11,688 bases of DNA from Archangium sp. (GTDB taxonomy: Bacteria > Myxococcota > Myxococcia > Myxococcales > Myxococcaceae): the NCBI GenBank assembly GCA_031367385.1, contig JANLPS010000194.1, positions 1-11,688 on the forward strand, read 5' to 3'. Of the stretch, positions 1 to 7,594 are shown one piece after another (within the stretch, counting starts at the first letter, position 1; every line of letters begins with the position of its first letter). The notes under the pieces were generated by a model, which worked only from the letters and a program-made list of their open reading frames with translations, did not search any database and was not told the origin of the DNA. Made by a program: the position numbers and the translations under genes.

Positions 1-1410
1 GGCCTCGGTTCGCGGGGGGTCGGCGATGCCAATCAAGCCGAGCAGCTCGAGATTTTCTTCAGCGGTTCCTCTGCCGACAGCGACCGCCAACACCCGTAGA
101 CCGCGGGCCGCCAGCTGAGCATTGGCATCAGCGACGCCTTCAGTACCCGCACGACTCAGTGCGAGGAGCACCTCAACCGCGCCTTTGACGTAGAGCACGC
201 CATCTGCGCGCTGCACAGACATTCGCTTGCGCTCCGAGTCGAACGGGTTGACGCCAACACGAGGGCGTTCCCGTTCGAGCGCCCCACGCTCGATGCCCCG
301 CTTCGCGCCCTCAACGAGAATGGCGACCTCGGTGGTGTCGCCAATTCCACTCTGCTTATCGGCAGCCAGCTCTGCGTCGCTGCAGGCTGCCGCGGCCTCG
401 AGCAGCCGCTGCTGGTTCTTGCCCCACAGCTCCCGCACCGTCATCACCCCGGTTGTGAGGGTGCCGGTCTTATCGGTGCAGATGACCGTGGCACAGCCAA
501 GCGTTTCGACTGCGTGAAGCTTTCGAACGAGAACATTGCGCGACACCATTCGTTTCACGCCGATCGCCAGCGCAATGGTGACAATCGCCGGGAGGCCTTC
601 AGGCACGGCCGCGACGGCCAGGGCGACAGCAGAGAGAAACACGTCGAAAAAGCCGAGCCCACGAATGAGACCGAGCACGGCTACAACGACCACGATGCCA
701 ACGCAGATGTACAGCAACATGCGGCTCACAGCCGCCAGTCGCGTCTGAAGGGGTGTCTCGCTCTTCTCTGCCGTCGAAAGCAGGTGGGCAATTTTGCCGA
801 GCTCTGTGCTCATACCCGTTGCGACGACTTCGGCCTTGCCCGTGCCGTTGGCGATGTGAGTGCCCATGAACACCGTGTCGTGGCGCTCGGCGAGCGGCGC
901 GTTCGCAGAAACGAGCGCAGTCGACTTCTCGACCGGAGCACTTTCGCCTGTGAGGGCTGCCTCGTTCGACGTGAGGACATGCGCTTCAAGGAGGTGCGCG
1001 TCAGCTGCGACGATGTCACCGGGCTCGAGAAGAACGAGATCGCCAATCACCACTTCACTGGTGGCGACCATGCCCGGGTGCCCATCGCGAAGCACGCGAG
1101 CCCTTGGTGCGGTCATCGAACGCAATGCGAGCAGGGCGCGCTCCGCACGATACTCCTGAAAAAAACCGACGAGCGCGTTGATGACGACGATGCTGCCGAT
1201 CGCGATGGCGTCGGCAACCTCGCCGAGAACGCCTGAAATGACGCACGCCCCAAGAAGCAACCAGATGACCGGGCTCTTGAATTGGCCGCCGAACAGGGCC
1301 CACCCCGACGCCGGCTTTTCACGCTCGATTTCGTTGGCTCCCTGCGCGAGAAGCCGACGCGCCGCTTCCTCGCCGGTGAGCCCTGGTGAAGATGGGGTGG
1401 TCTGGCTCAT
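1..1410 (-). CDS. Cation-transporting P-type ATPase, P2A (Ca2+/SERCA-like) class; 5' portion only, continues beyond the left edge
   Basis: Translated by hand from ATG at 1410, which overlaps the cusA stop as ATGA: MSQTTPSSPGLTGEEAARRLLAQGANEI..., GFFQEYRAERAL, NEAALTGES (A-domain), VALAVAAVPEGLPAIVT (M4), VETLGCATVICTDKTGTLT (phosphorylation site), PFDSERKRMSV, YVKGAVE, GLRVLAVA, GLIGIADPPRTEA at the edge. All motifs are in one frame. Absent from the ORF track because no stop lies in the window. Confidence 0.96.
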   Translation of the reverse strand, partial: MSQTTPSSPGLTGEEAARRLLAQGANEIEREKPASGWALFGGQFKSPVIWLLLGACVISGVLGEVADAIAIGSIVVINALVGFFQEYRAERALLALRSMTAPRARVLRDGHPGMVATSEVVIGDLVLLEPGDIVAADAHLLEAHVLTSNEAALTGESAPVEKSTALVSANAPLAERHDTVFMGTHIANGTGKAEVVATGMSTELGKIAHLLSTAEKSETPLQTRLAAVSRMLLYICVGIVVVVAVLGLIRGLGFFDVFLSAVALAVAAVPEGLPAIVTIALAIGVKRMVSRNVLVRKLHAVETLGCATVICTDKTGTLTTGVMTVRELWGKNQQRLLEAAAACSDAELAADKQSGIGDTTEVAILVEGAKRGIERGALERERPRVGVNPFDSERKRMSVQRADGVLYVKGAVEVLLALSRAGTEGVADANAQLAARGLRVLAVAVGRGTAEENLELLGLIGIADPPRTEA

Positions 1411-4400
1411 GGTGCTGCTCCCGGCACGTGTTCGAGGTGCCGGAGTTGAAAGCCTCGCCAGACGACGTAGACCCCGGGGATGATGAGTAGCGTCAGGAGC
1501 GTGAGCGACACGAGCCCGCCCCACATCGGCGCGGCGATTCGCTTTGCCACATCAGAGCCGACACCGGTGTCGAAGAGCACCGGCAGCAAGCCGAAGATGT
1601 TGGTGGCAACTGTCATCAGCAAAGGCCGTACGCGCATTGCGCCAGCATCGACTGCCGCGTCGATCAAGCTCGGCAGCGCCGTGATGGTTCCGGCCGCTCG
1701 CCCAGCGAGCCACGCCTCATCGAGGTAGACGACCATCACGCTGGTGGTCTCGGCCGCGACACCCAGCAGGGCAATCATCCCGACCCAGACGGCGACCGAA
1801 GTATTGAAATGCATCAGGTAGAGCGTCCAGATGGCTCCGACTGCCGCGAAGGGCACTCCGGTCATCACCAGCAGCGTCTGGGTCACCCCTCTGAAGTTGA
1901 GGTACAGAATCACGAAGACCAACGCGAGCGTCAGAGGCAGAACGAATGCCATTCTCACCCGCACCCGCTCGAGCAGCTCGTATTGCCCCGTCCACTTCAG
2001 GGAGTAACCGGCCGGAAGCTTCACTTCGCGGGCCACCGCCGCCTTGGCGTCGTCGACGTAGCCGCCCACATCACGGCCTTCGAGATCGACGTAGACCCAC
2101 CCAGTCAGTGAGCCCATCTCGCTCTTGATCATCGGCGGCCCCATCACCGTCTCGATGCGGGCCAGCGTCGACAGAGGCACCCACGCGCGACTCCCCGTTA
2201 TCGACCGCGCTCCGCCTGACATTGGGCTGCCTCCCATCTCGTCGCCTTCGTCATCAGGGGTTGGGGCAACGCTCGCCGCCCCCATCGCAGAGCCCGTGCC
2301 TGTGGTCGCGCCCATGGGCTCCGTGTCGTCTGGGCCGAGCCCCGACTTGGGCGCCCCGAGCCTTCGCCCAGGGGTCGTTCGCACTGGCACCAGAATGCGC
2401 CCGACGGAGTCGAGGTCGTCGCGCAGATCGCGTGGGTATCGAACGTTGACGCGGTACCGCTCGCGCCCTTCGTAGGTGGTGGCGATGTCCATTCCACCGA
2501 TGACGCTCTCCACGACGTCGAGCACGTCTCGCACGGTCACTCCGTACCGGGAGATGGCCTCTCGGTCGGGGGTGATGTCGAGGAAGAACCCACCCAGCTC
2601 TCGCTCGGCATAGACGCTGCGGGTGCCGGGCACCGTTCTCAGCACCCTCTCGAGCTGGTCGTTCACCTCTGAGATGGTTGCGAGGTCTTTACCGAACACC
2701 TTCACGCCGATTGGGGTGCGAATGCCGGTCGAGAGCATGTCGATGCGCGCCTTGATCGGCATGGTCCACGAGCCCTGAATGCCGGGGCTCGCGACCTTCT
2801 CGGTCAGCTCTGCAGTGATGCCCTCGAGCGTCATGCCCTTGCGCCACTGGCCCCGTGGCTTCAGCTGAACCACCGTCTCGAACATCGACAGGGGGGCGGG
2901 GTCTAACGCGCTCTCGGCCCGGCCCGCCTTGCCGAAGACATGCTCGACTTCGGGCACCGTTCGAATCTGCGCGTCTTGCCAGCGGAGCAGGGTGCGCGCC
3001 TGCTCGATGGGTATCGATGGCACGGTGATGGGCATGAAGAGCAGGTCGCCTTCGTAGAGGGGCGGCATGAATTCAGAGCCAAGCCGCGTGAAAGGCAGCA
3101 CAGTGAGCAGCGTCGCCACGACTGCCCCGACCAGCATCGGCCAACGATGAACAAGGCAGAACCGGAGTACAGGCCGGTATGCGTTTCGCCAAAACCGCGC
3201 GACAGGGTTTCGCTCTTCGGGCCGAATCTTGCCCTTGAGCAGCAACACCATCAGCGCCGGTACGAGCGTGACTGAAAGCACGGCGGCAACTGCCATCGAA
3301 GCGGTCTTCGCGAGCGCAAGCGGGCGAAACAGTCGCCCCTCTTCACCCTCGAGTACGAACACCGGCAGAAACGCCACTGTCAGCACCAGCAGCGCCCCGA
3401 ACATCGATGGGCCCAGCTCGCGGGCAGAGCTGAGAATGAGCGCCCCTCGGTCTACGCTCTTCCCCTCGGCCTCTGCGGCTTCAATCTTCTTGTGAGCGTT
3501 TTCGACGAGCACCACCCCCGAATCGACCATGTCGCCGAGCGCGAGAATCACTCCCGCCAGCGACATGATGTTGATGGTCATCTTCAGCAGGTAGAAGGCG
3601 ATGAACGACCCCAACACTGCGACTGCCAGTGTGATGACGTTGACCAGCGCGGAGCGAAAGTGGAAGAGGAAGACCGCGATGACCAGCAAGATGATGAGAA
3701 TGATCTGCGCAACATTTTCAGTGAGCGTTTGAACCGAGTCGCGAATGAGCGTGCTCCGGTCGTAGACGGTGACGATTTGAACACCCTCAGGCAGCGTCGG
3801 CCGAAGCTCGTCGAGGCGCGCTTTCACGCGCTTGATGACGTCGAGGGCGTTCTCGCCCGAGCGCATCACAACGATGCCGGCCACCACCTCGCCCTTGCCG
3901 TCGAGCTCGGCAACGCCCCGGCGAATGTTGCCGCCGATGGCCACGGTTGCCACGTCACGTACCCGCACGGGTATGCCGTCGGCCCGAGTCACCACCACCG
4001 CGAGCTCCAGGTCTTCAACTGACCGAATGTAGCCCCGCCCTCTCACCGAATATTCGTGCTCGGCCATCTCAATCACGCGGCCGCCGACCTCGTCGTTCGC
4101 GCTTCGAATGGCTGCTGCAACCTCTCCGACCGAAACGCCAAACGCCTTGAGGCGGTCGGGGTCGACCTGCACCTGGTATTGCTTCTCGAAGCCGCCAACG
4201 CTCGCGACCTCCGAGACCCCCTCGACAGATTGCACCGCGTACCGCACCGTCCAGTCCTGCAGGCTGCGCAGTGCTTGGAGTGAATGCTGCCCGGTCGGGT
4301 CGACGAGCGCGTACTGGTACACCCAGCCGACACTGGTCGCGTCGGGGCCAATTTGCGGGCTGACCCCAGCGGGCAGGCGAGCCCGAACTTTCGAGAGGTA

Positions 4401-4763
4401 CTCCACCACGCGCGAGCGCGCCCAATAGAGGTCAGTGCCATCTTGAAAGATGACGTAGACGAACGACATGCCGAACATCGTGAAGCCACGCACCGCCTTC
4501 ACGTTCGGCGCACCGAGAAACGAAGTCACGATGGGGTAGGTGACCTGGTCTTCGATCAGCGTCGGGTTCCGGCCCATCCACTCGGTTGCGATGATGACTT
4601 GGGTGTCTGAGAGGTCTGGCAAGGCATCGAGAGGCGTATGCAACGCAGACCATGCCCCCGCACCAGCGAACGCGAACGAGGCAATCACCACCATCCAGCG
4701 GTGCTTGCCCGAGAACCCGATCACCCGAGAGATGAGCCCATCTCGCGGTTCAGTGCCCGGCAT
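1407..4763 (-). CDS. cusA: CusA/CzcA-family heavy-metal efflux RND permease, Cu(I)/Ag(I) CusA type (~1118 aa)
   Basis: Motifs PLDALPDLSDTQVII, DLYWARSRVVEYL, GPDATSVGWVYQYAL, LGSEFMPPLYEGDLLFMP, FGKAGRAESALDPAPLSMFET, IKARIDMLSTGIRTPIGVK. The three periplasmic Met ligands equivalent to E. coli CusA M573/M623/M672 are present. Start placed at ATG 4763 (MPGTEPRDG..., 14-bp overlap with the upstream gene) rather than 4925. Confidence 0.95.
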   Translation of the reverse strand: MPGTEPRDGLISRVIGFSGKHRWMVVIASFAFAGAGAWSALHTPLDALPDLSDTQVIIATEWMGRNPTLIEDQVTYPIVTSFLGAPNVKAVRGFTMFGMSFVYVIFQDGTDLYWARSRVVEYLSKVRARLPAGVSPQIGPDATSVGWVYQYALVDPTGQHSLQALRSLQDWTVRYAVQSVEGVSEVASVGGFEKQYQVQVDPDRLKAFGVSVGEVAAAIRSANDEVGGRVIEMAEHEYSVRGRGYIRSVEDLELAVVVTRADGIPVRVRDVATVAIGGNIRRGVAELDGKGEVVAGIVVMRSGENALDVIKRVKARLDELRPTLPEGVQIVTVYDRSTLIRDSVQTLTENVAQIILIILLVIAVFLFHFRSALVNVITLAVAVLGSFIAFYLLKMTINIMSLAGVILALGDMVDSGVVLVENAHKKIEAAEAEGKSVDRGALILSSARELGPSMFGALLVLTVAFLPVFVLEGEEGRLFRPLALAKTASMAVAAVLSVTLVPALMVLLLKGKIRPEERNPVARFWRNAYRPVLRFCLVHRWPMLVGAVVATLLTVLPFTRLGSEFMPPLYEGDLLFMPITVPSIPIEQARTLLRWQDAQIRTVPEVEHVFGKAGRAESALDPAPLSMFETVVQLKPRGQWRKGMTLEGITAELTEKVASPGIQGSWTMPIKARIDMLSTGIRTPIGVKVFGKDLATISEVNDQLERVLRTVPGTRSVYAERELGGFFLDITPDREAISRYGVTVRDVLDVVESVIGGMDIATTYEGRERYRVNVRYPRDLRDDLDSVGRILVPVRTTPGRRLGAPKSGLGPDDTEPMGATTGTGSAMGAASVAPTPDDEGDEMGGSPMSGGARSITGSRAWVPLSTLARIETVMGPPMIKSEMGSLTGWVYVDLEGRDVGGYVDDAKAAVAREVKLPAGYSLKWTGQYELLERVRVRMAFVLPLTLALVFVILYLNFRGVTQTLLVMTGVPFAAVGAIWTLYLMHFNTSVAVWVGMIALLGVAAETTSVMVVYLDEAWLAGRAAGTITALPSLIDAAVDAGAMRVRPLLMTVATNIFGLLPVLFDTGVGSDVAKRIAAPMWGGLVSLTLLTLLIIPGVYVVWRGFQLRHLEHVPGAAP

Positions 4764-5847
4764 GGCTGTGCCCGGAGCCGCTGGTCGCGCGCAGCCGGCT
4801 CTCCGAATCGAGGAGGAACTGCGCCTTCGTGGCAACGGCTTCGCCATCGGCCAGGCCGGAGAGGATCTGCACGAAATCACCGCCAGAGGCGCCCAACTGA
4901 ACCTCACGAGGCTCGACGTGCTCACCGGTGACGACGAAGACCAAATTTCGGGTGCCAGTGCGAATCACGGCCTGCGTGGGGATACTGAGGGCGGTGCCGA
5001 GGTCTGCCTCGATGGTTGCTTGAGCAAAAGCGCCCGGTCGCAACGTGCCGTCGCTGTTGCTGACGACCACCCGTGCCTTGAGCGTGCGAGTGCTCTCGTC
5101 GATGTTGGGGGCAAGAAAAGAAACCCGTGCGTCGCGACTCGAGGGTGCGCCTTCGATGGTGAGCTTCACTGGAGTGCCGAGCTGCACGAGCGGAACATCG
5201 CCTTCGTAAAGGTCGACGAGAACCCACAGAACCGAGAGGTCTGAGACGACGAACAGCTCCGTTTCAGGCCCGACGTACATGCCGTTGACCGCCTGCCGCG
5301 CCAACACCGTGCCCGAACGAGGCGTCAGGAGCGTGAAAGTTCGGGGCGCCTTCTGACTCTGAACGGTCCTCTCAATCTGGCTCATGGGCACATCCCACAG
5401 CTGGAGGCGTCGCCTCGCACCCTCGACCAGCGGGTCACCAACACCCCGACCCTGCTTGAGCACCGAGACCAGCTCGAGCTGAGCTGCGTACACTGGTGGG
5501 CTGTACAGATCGGCCAACGCCTCGCCTTGCTTGACCGTCTTTCCCACGAAGTTGGCAGACACCGACTCCAGCGTTCCGCGTACCTTCGCGTGAACGTGCG
5601 AGGTGCGTGTCTCGTCGAAGGTGACGACACCGAAGGTTCGTATGATTCGTTTCAGAGGGCGAGCTTCAACTCGCGCCACTTCGAGGGGAAACCCGGCAAC
5701 CGAGCCTGCCTCGACCTTCACCGCCACATACCCCTTGGGTGCCCCCGACGAGGCAGTCGCGTCGGGCTGGTGTTGGTGACCGGCTTGTTCGTTTTGAGCC
5801 AGAGATGTCGCAGCGGTCAAAGCCAGCGCCAGCGAGAAGGTCTTCAT
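4750..5847 (-). CDS. cusB: Efflux RND periplasmic adaptor (membrane fusion protein), CusB/CzcB-like, 365 aa
   Basis: Signal peptide MKTFSLALALTAATSLA; motifs LYSPPVYAAQLEL, ARRRLQLW, DLSVLWVLVDLYEGD, PNIDESTRTLKARV, LRPGAF, ILSGLADGEAVATKAQFLLDSESRL. ATG 5847 overlaps the OMF stop (ATGA) and has GGAG 7 nt upstream. Confidence 0.92.
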   Translation of the reverse strand: MKTFSLALALTAATSLAQNEQAGHQHQPDATASSGAPKGYVAVKVEAGSVAGFPLEVARVEARPLKRIIRTFGVVTFDETRTSHVHAKVRGTLESVSANFVGKTVKQGEALADLYSPPVYAAQLELVSVLKQGRGVGDPLVEGARRRLQLWDVPMSQIERTVQSQKAPRTFTLLTPRSGTVLARQAVNGMYVGPETELFVVSDLSVLWVLVDLYEGDVPLVQLGTPVKLTIEGAPSSRDARVSFLAPNIDESTRTLKARVVVSNSDGTLRPGAFAQATIEADLGTALSIPTQAVIRTGTRNLVFVVTGEHVEPREVQLGASGGDFVQILSGLADGEAVATKAQFLLDSESRLRATSGSGHSHAGH

Positions 5848-7106
5848 GGTCCGACTCCAATCTGCCCGGTGGCGCGGCTCAGCTCGACCCACGCCGCAGC
5901 CAACTGCACCTCTGCGCGTACTGATTCCATCTGCGCCTCACCCTGCGTTCGCACGGCGTCGAGAACACTCACCAAGGGCAGCTGCCCGGTGATGTAGGCG
6001 TCGAGCGAGAGCTCCGCCGACTGCCGAGACAGGGGGACAACGCGGTCTCGAGACACGAGGTAGCGCGCGCGGGCAGCAAGCACCTTCTGCCGACCCGTCG
6101 CGACTTCGCCGCTGACCATCGTCTGCATCGCGCCCAACTCGGCTTCGGCCATCAAACCCATGGCTGTCGCCTCATCGACACCGGCTCCGAGCTTCTCGCG
6201 CCAGATCGGCAGGGTCAGGCCAACCATCAACATTGCGCCAGGGCCGTCGAACATCGTGTTCGCCGCGCCAACACGGGCGAAGGCCATCGGGTTGTACATC
6301 GACGTCATGACGCTGACGTTGGCACGCGCCGCCTCGACCAAGGCTCGCATCTGAACGAGCTCAGGGCGCCGATCTGCCGCGGTGTCGACCAGCGTCGCAA
6401 GGTCGGGCGGGTCGTCTGTCGGCGTTCTCAACTCGGCGATGGGTATCTGCGCGCTGATGGTGCCGTGGCCCATCGATGCCTCGGTCATCGCCCATGCACC
6501 AGCGACCTCTCGCTCGAGGGCCTCGAGTTCACCCTGCAGCCGGGCGACTTCGACCTCGGCGCGAACCGACTCGCTCAAGCTGCCCTGGGCTGCCGCCAGG
6601 CGCGCCTGAACTGAGGCGTGAACCTGGCTGGCAAGCTTCTTGAGCTCGACGACGACCGCCTGCATTCGTTGCGATTCGACCAGCATCAGAAACGAGCGCA
6701 CCGCCGCGGCCTCCACGTCGAGCAAGGCGGTCTTCACTTCCGCTCGTCGGGCATCGGCTTCGTGAAGCGCTGAGCGCTCGCGGTGGCCCCTCACCCGAGA
6801 CAGGGGAAAGTCCTGTTGAAGCTGAACGCTGTAGTTGGCGCCCATCAGACTGAAGGGCAGATGGTCGAGGCCTCCCATCAGCATCGGGTCGGGCAGCGCG
6901 CTCACGACCTTTGGAATCTGCGCTGCTGCGTCAGCGCGGGCTTGAGCCGCTCGGATCTCTTGCCGATGAGAACGCGCCTCAACCAGCACCTGGTCGATGG
7001 TGAGCCTCGGAGCTGGTTGTGCCGCAGCGAACGAACCGAGGAGGAGAATCGCCAAGGCCGTGGTCGTCCCCGAGACGGGCCCAGAACTCAACCGACGGGC
7101 GGTCAC
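5844..7106 (-). CDS. TolC-family outer-membrane efflux factor (CusC/CzcC functional equivalent), 420 aa
   Basis: Sec-type signal (ALAILLLGSFAAA|QP), two helical OEP-like repeats (LPDPML...VQLQQDFPL and MVGLTLPIWR...), C-terminal YITGQLPLVSVLDA...ELSRATG. Positioned ahead of the MFP and RND genes. GTG start overlaps the upstream stop (GTGA). Confidence 0.9.
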   Translation of the reverse strand: MTARRLSSGPVSGTTTALAILLLGSFAAAQPAPRLTIDQVLVEARSHRQEIRAAQARADAAAQIPKVVSALPDPMLMGGLDHLPFSLMGANYSVQLQQDFPLSRVRGHRERSALHEADARRAEVKTALLDVEAAAVRSFLMLVESQRMQAVVVELKKLASQVHASVQARLAAAQGSLSESVRAEVEVARLQGELEALEREVAGAWAMTEASMGHGTISAQIPIAELRTPTDDPPDLATLVDTAADRRPELVQMRALVEAARANVSVMTSMYNPMAFARVGAANTMFDGPGAMLMVGLTLPIWREKLGAGVDEATAMGLMAEAELGAMQTMVSGEVATGRQKVLAARARYLVSRDRVVPLSRQSAELSLDAYITGQLPLVSVLDAVRTQGEAQMESVRAEVQLAAAWVELSRATGQIGVGP

Positions 7107-7270
7107 GGTGCCCGCGCTTTGGACTTTGCCTTGGGTGGCGAAGGAGCGTCGTCAGAGCCGGCCACGTCAACGCAGGAACGGTCGTCAGCAATCATTCGCT
7201 GAATGCCAGTGACCTGGCCCGCGACACGCTTCAGCCTCCCCTGCGCTTTATTTCTCGTGTCTTCGTCCAT
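7103..7270 (-). pseudogene. csoR: Truncated CsoR/RcnR-family metal-sensing repressor (55 aa, N-terminal half only)
   Basis: ATG 7270 to TGA 7103 reads MDEDTRNKAQGRLKRVAGQVTGIQRMIADDRSCVDVAGSDDAPSPPKAKSKARAP*. The first 36 aa match the CsoR pattern RLKRxxGQxxGIxRMxxxDRxCxDV. Helices 2-3 and the HxxxC ligands are missing. The family call is strong; pseudogene status is inferred. Confidence 0.85.
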
Positions 7271-7301
7271 GGCCCACTCGCAAGTACGGGTAGGCGTCGG
7301 T

Positions 7302-7316
7302 TACCCCTACGGGGTA
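7302..7316. promoter_or_regulatory. CsoR-type operator palindrome TACCCC-TAC-GGGGTA
   Basis: Perfect 6-bp inverted repeat with C/G tracts flanked by TAC/GTA, about 30 bp upstream of the csoR-like ATG. This is the architecture of known CsoR operators such as the B. subtilis copZA operator (recalled, not aligned). Confidence 0.85.
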
Positions 7317-7461
7317 TCGGGAGGCAGGAACCGCGCCAGGCTTCTCTGCTGCAGAGCGCGTAGCCGACGAGTGCAAGATCAGCGGCGAATACCCCGCGAA
7401 ACGCAGATCTTGCGCCGAGAGTTGACCGAGCTGCGAGGGTGCGCGGGGGCTCACCCCCCTC

Positions 7462-7500
7462 AAAACATTCGACCCGGCCCCCATTTCTGAGGACCGGGTC
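7462..7500 (-). terminator. Intrinsic terminator-like hairpin downstream of the tRNA
   Basis: Minus strand GACCCGGTCCTCA-GAAA-TGGGGGCCGGGTC forms a 13-bp stem (two G:U pairs) with a GNRA tetraloop, followed by GAATGTTTT. On the plus strand it is followed by TTTATT, so it may be bidirectional. Confidence 0.75.
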
Positions 7501-7514
7501 TTTATTGAGTCGAG

Positions 7515-7588
<74 letters not shown>

Positions 7589-7594
7589 AGGTCT

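Noticed and set aside
514..1236. 240-aa plus-strand ORF and the other short ORFs over the operon
   Set aside because: Antisense or out-of-frame to well-supported genes, with no recognisable features.
4764..4925. N-terminal extension of CusA in the ORF track (1172 aa)
   Set aside because: It lies inside cusB in another frame and has no RND-like character. ATG 4763 gives a normal N-terminus with a short overlap.
5848..5892. 15-aa extension of the adaptor ORF
   Set aside because: ATG 5847 has an SD, an ATGA overlap, and begins a clean signal peptide.
6979..7191. Possible frameshifted continuation of csoR
   Set aside because: This frame (WPALTTLLRHPRQ...) has no CsoR helix-2 or HxxxC similarity, so a simple frameshift into it does not explain the truncation.
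7391..7399. 9-bp repeat ACCCCGCGA also found at the tRNA 5' end (7581-7589), as a possible att site
   Set aside because: Too short for GC-rich DNA, and it matches the 5' end whereas att duplications normally involve the 3' end.
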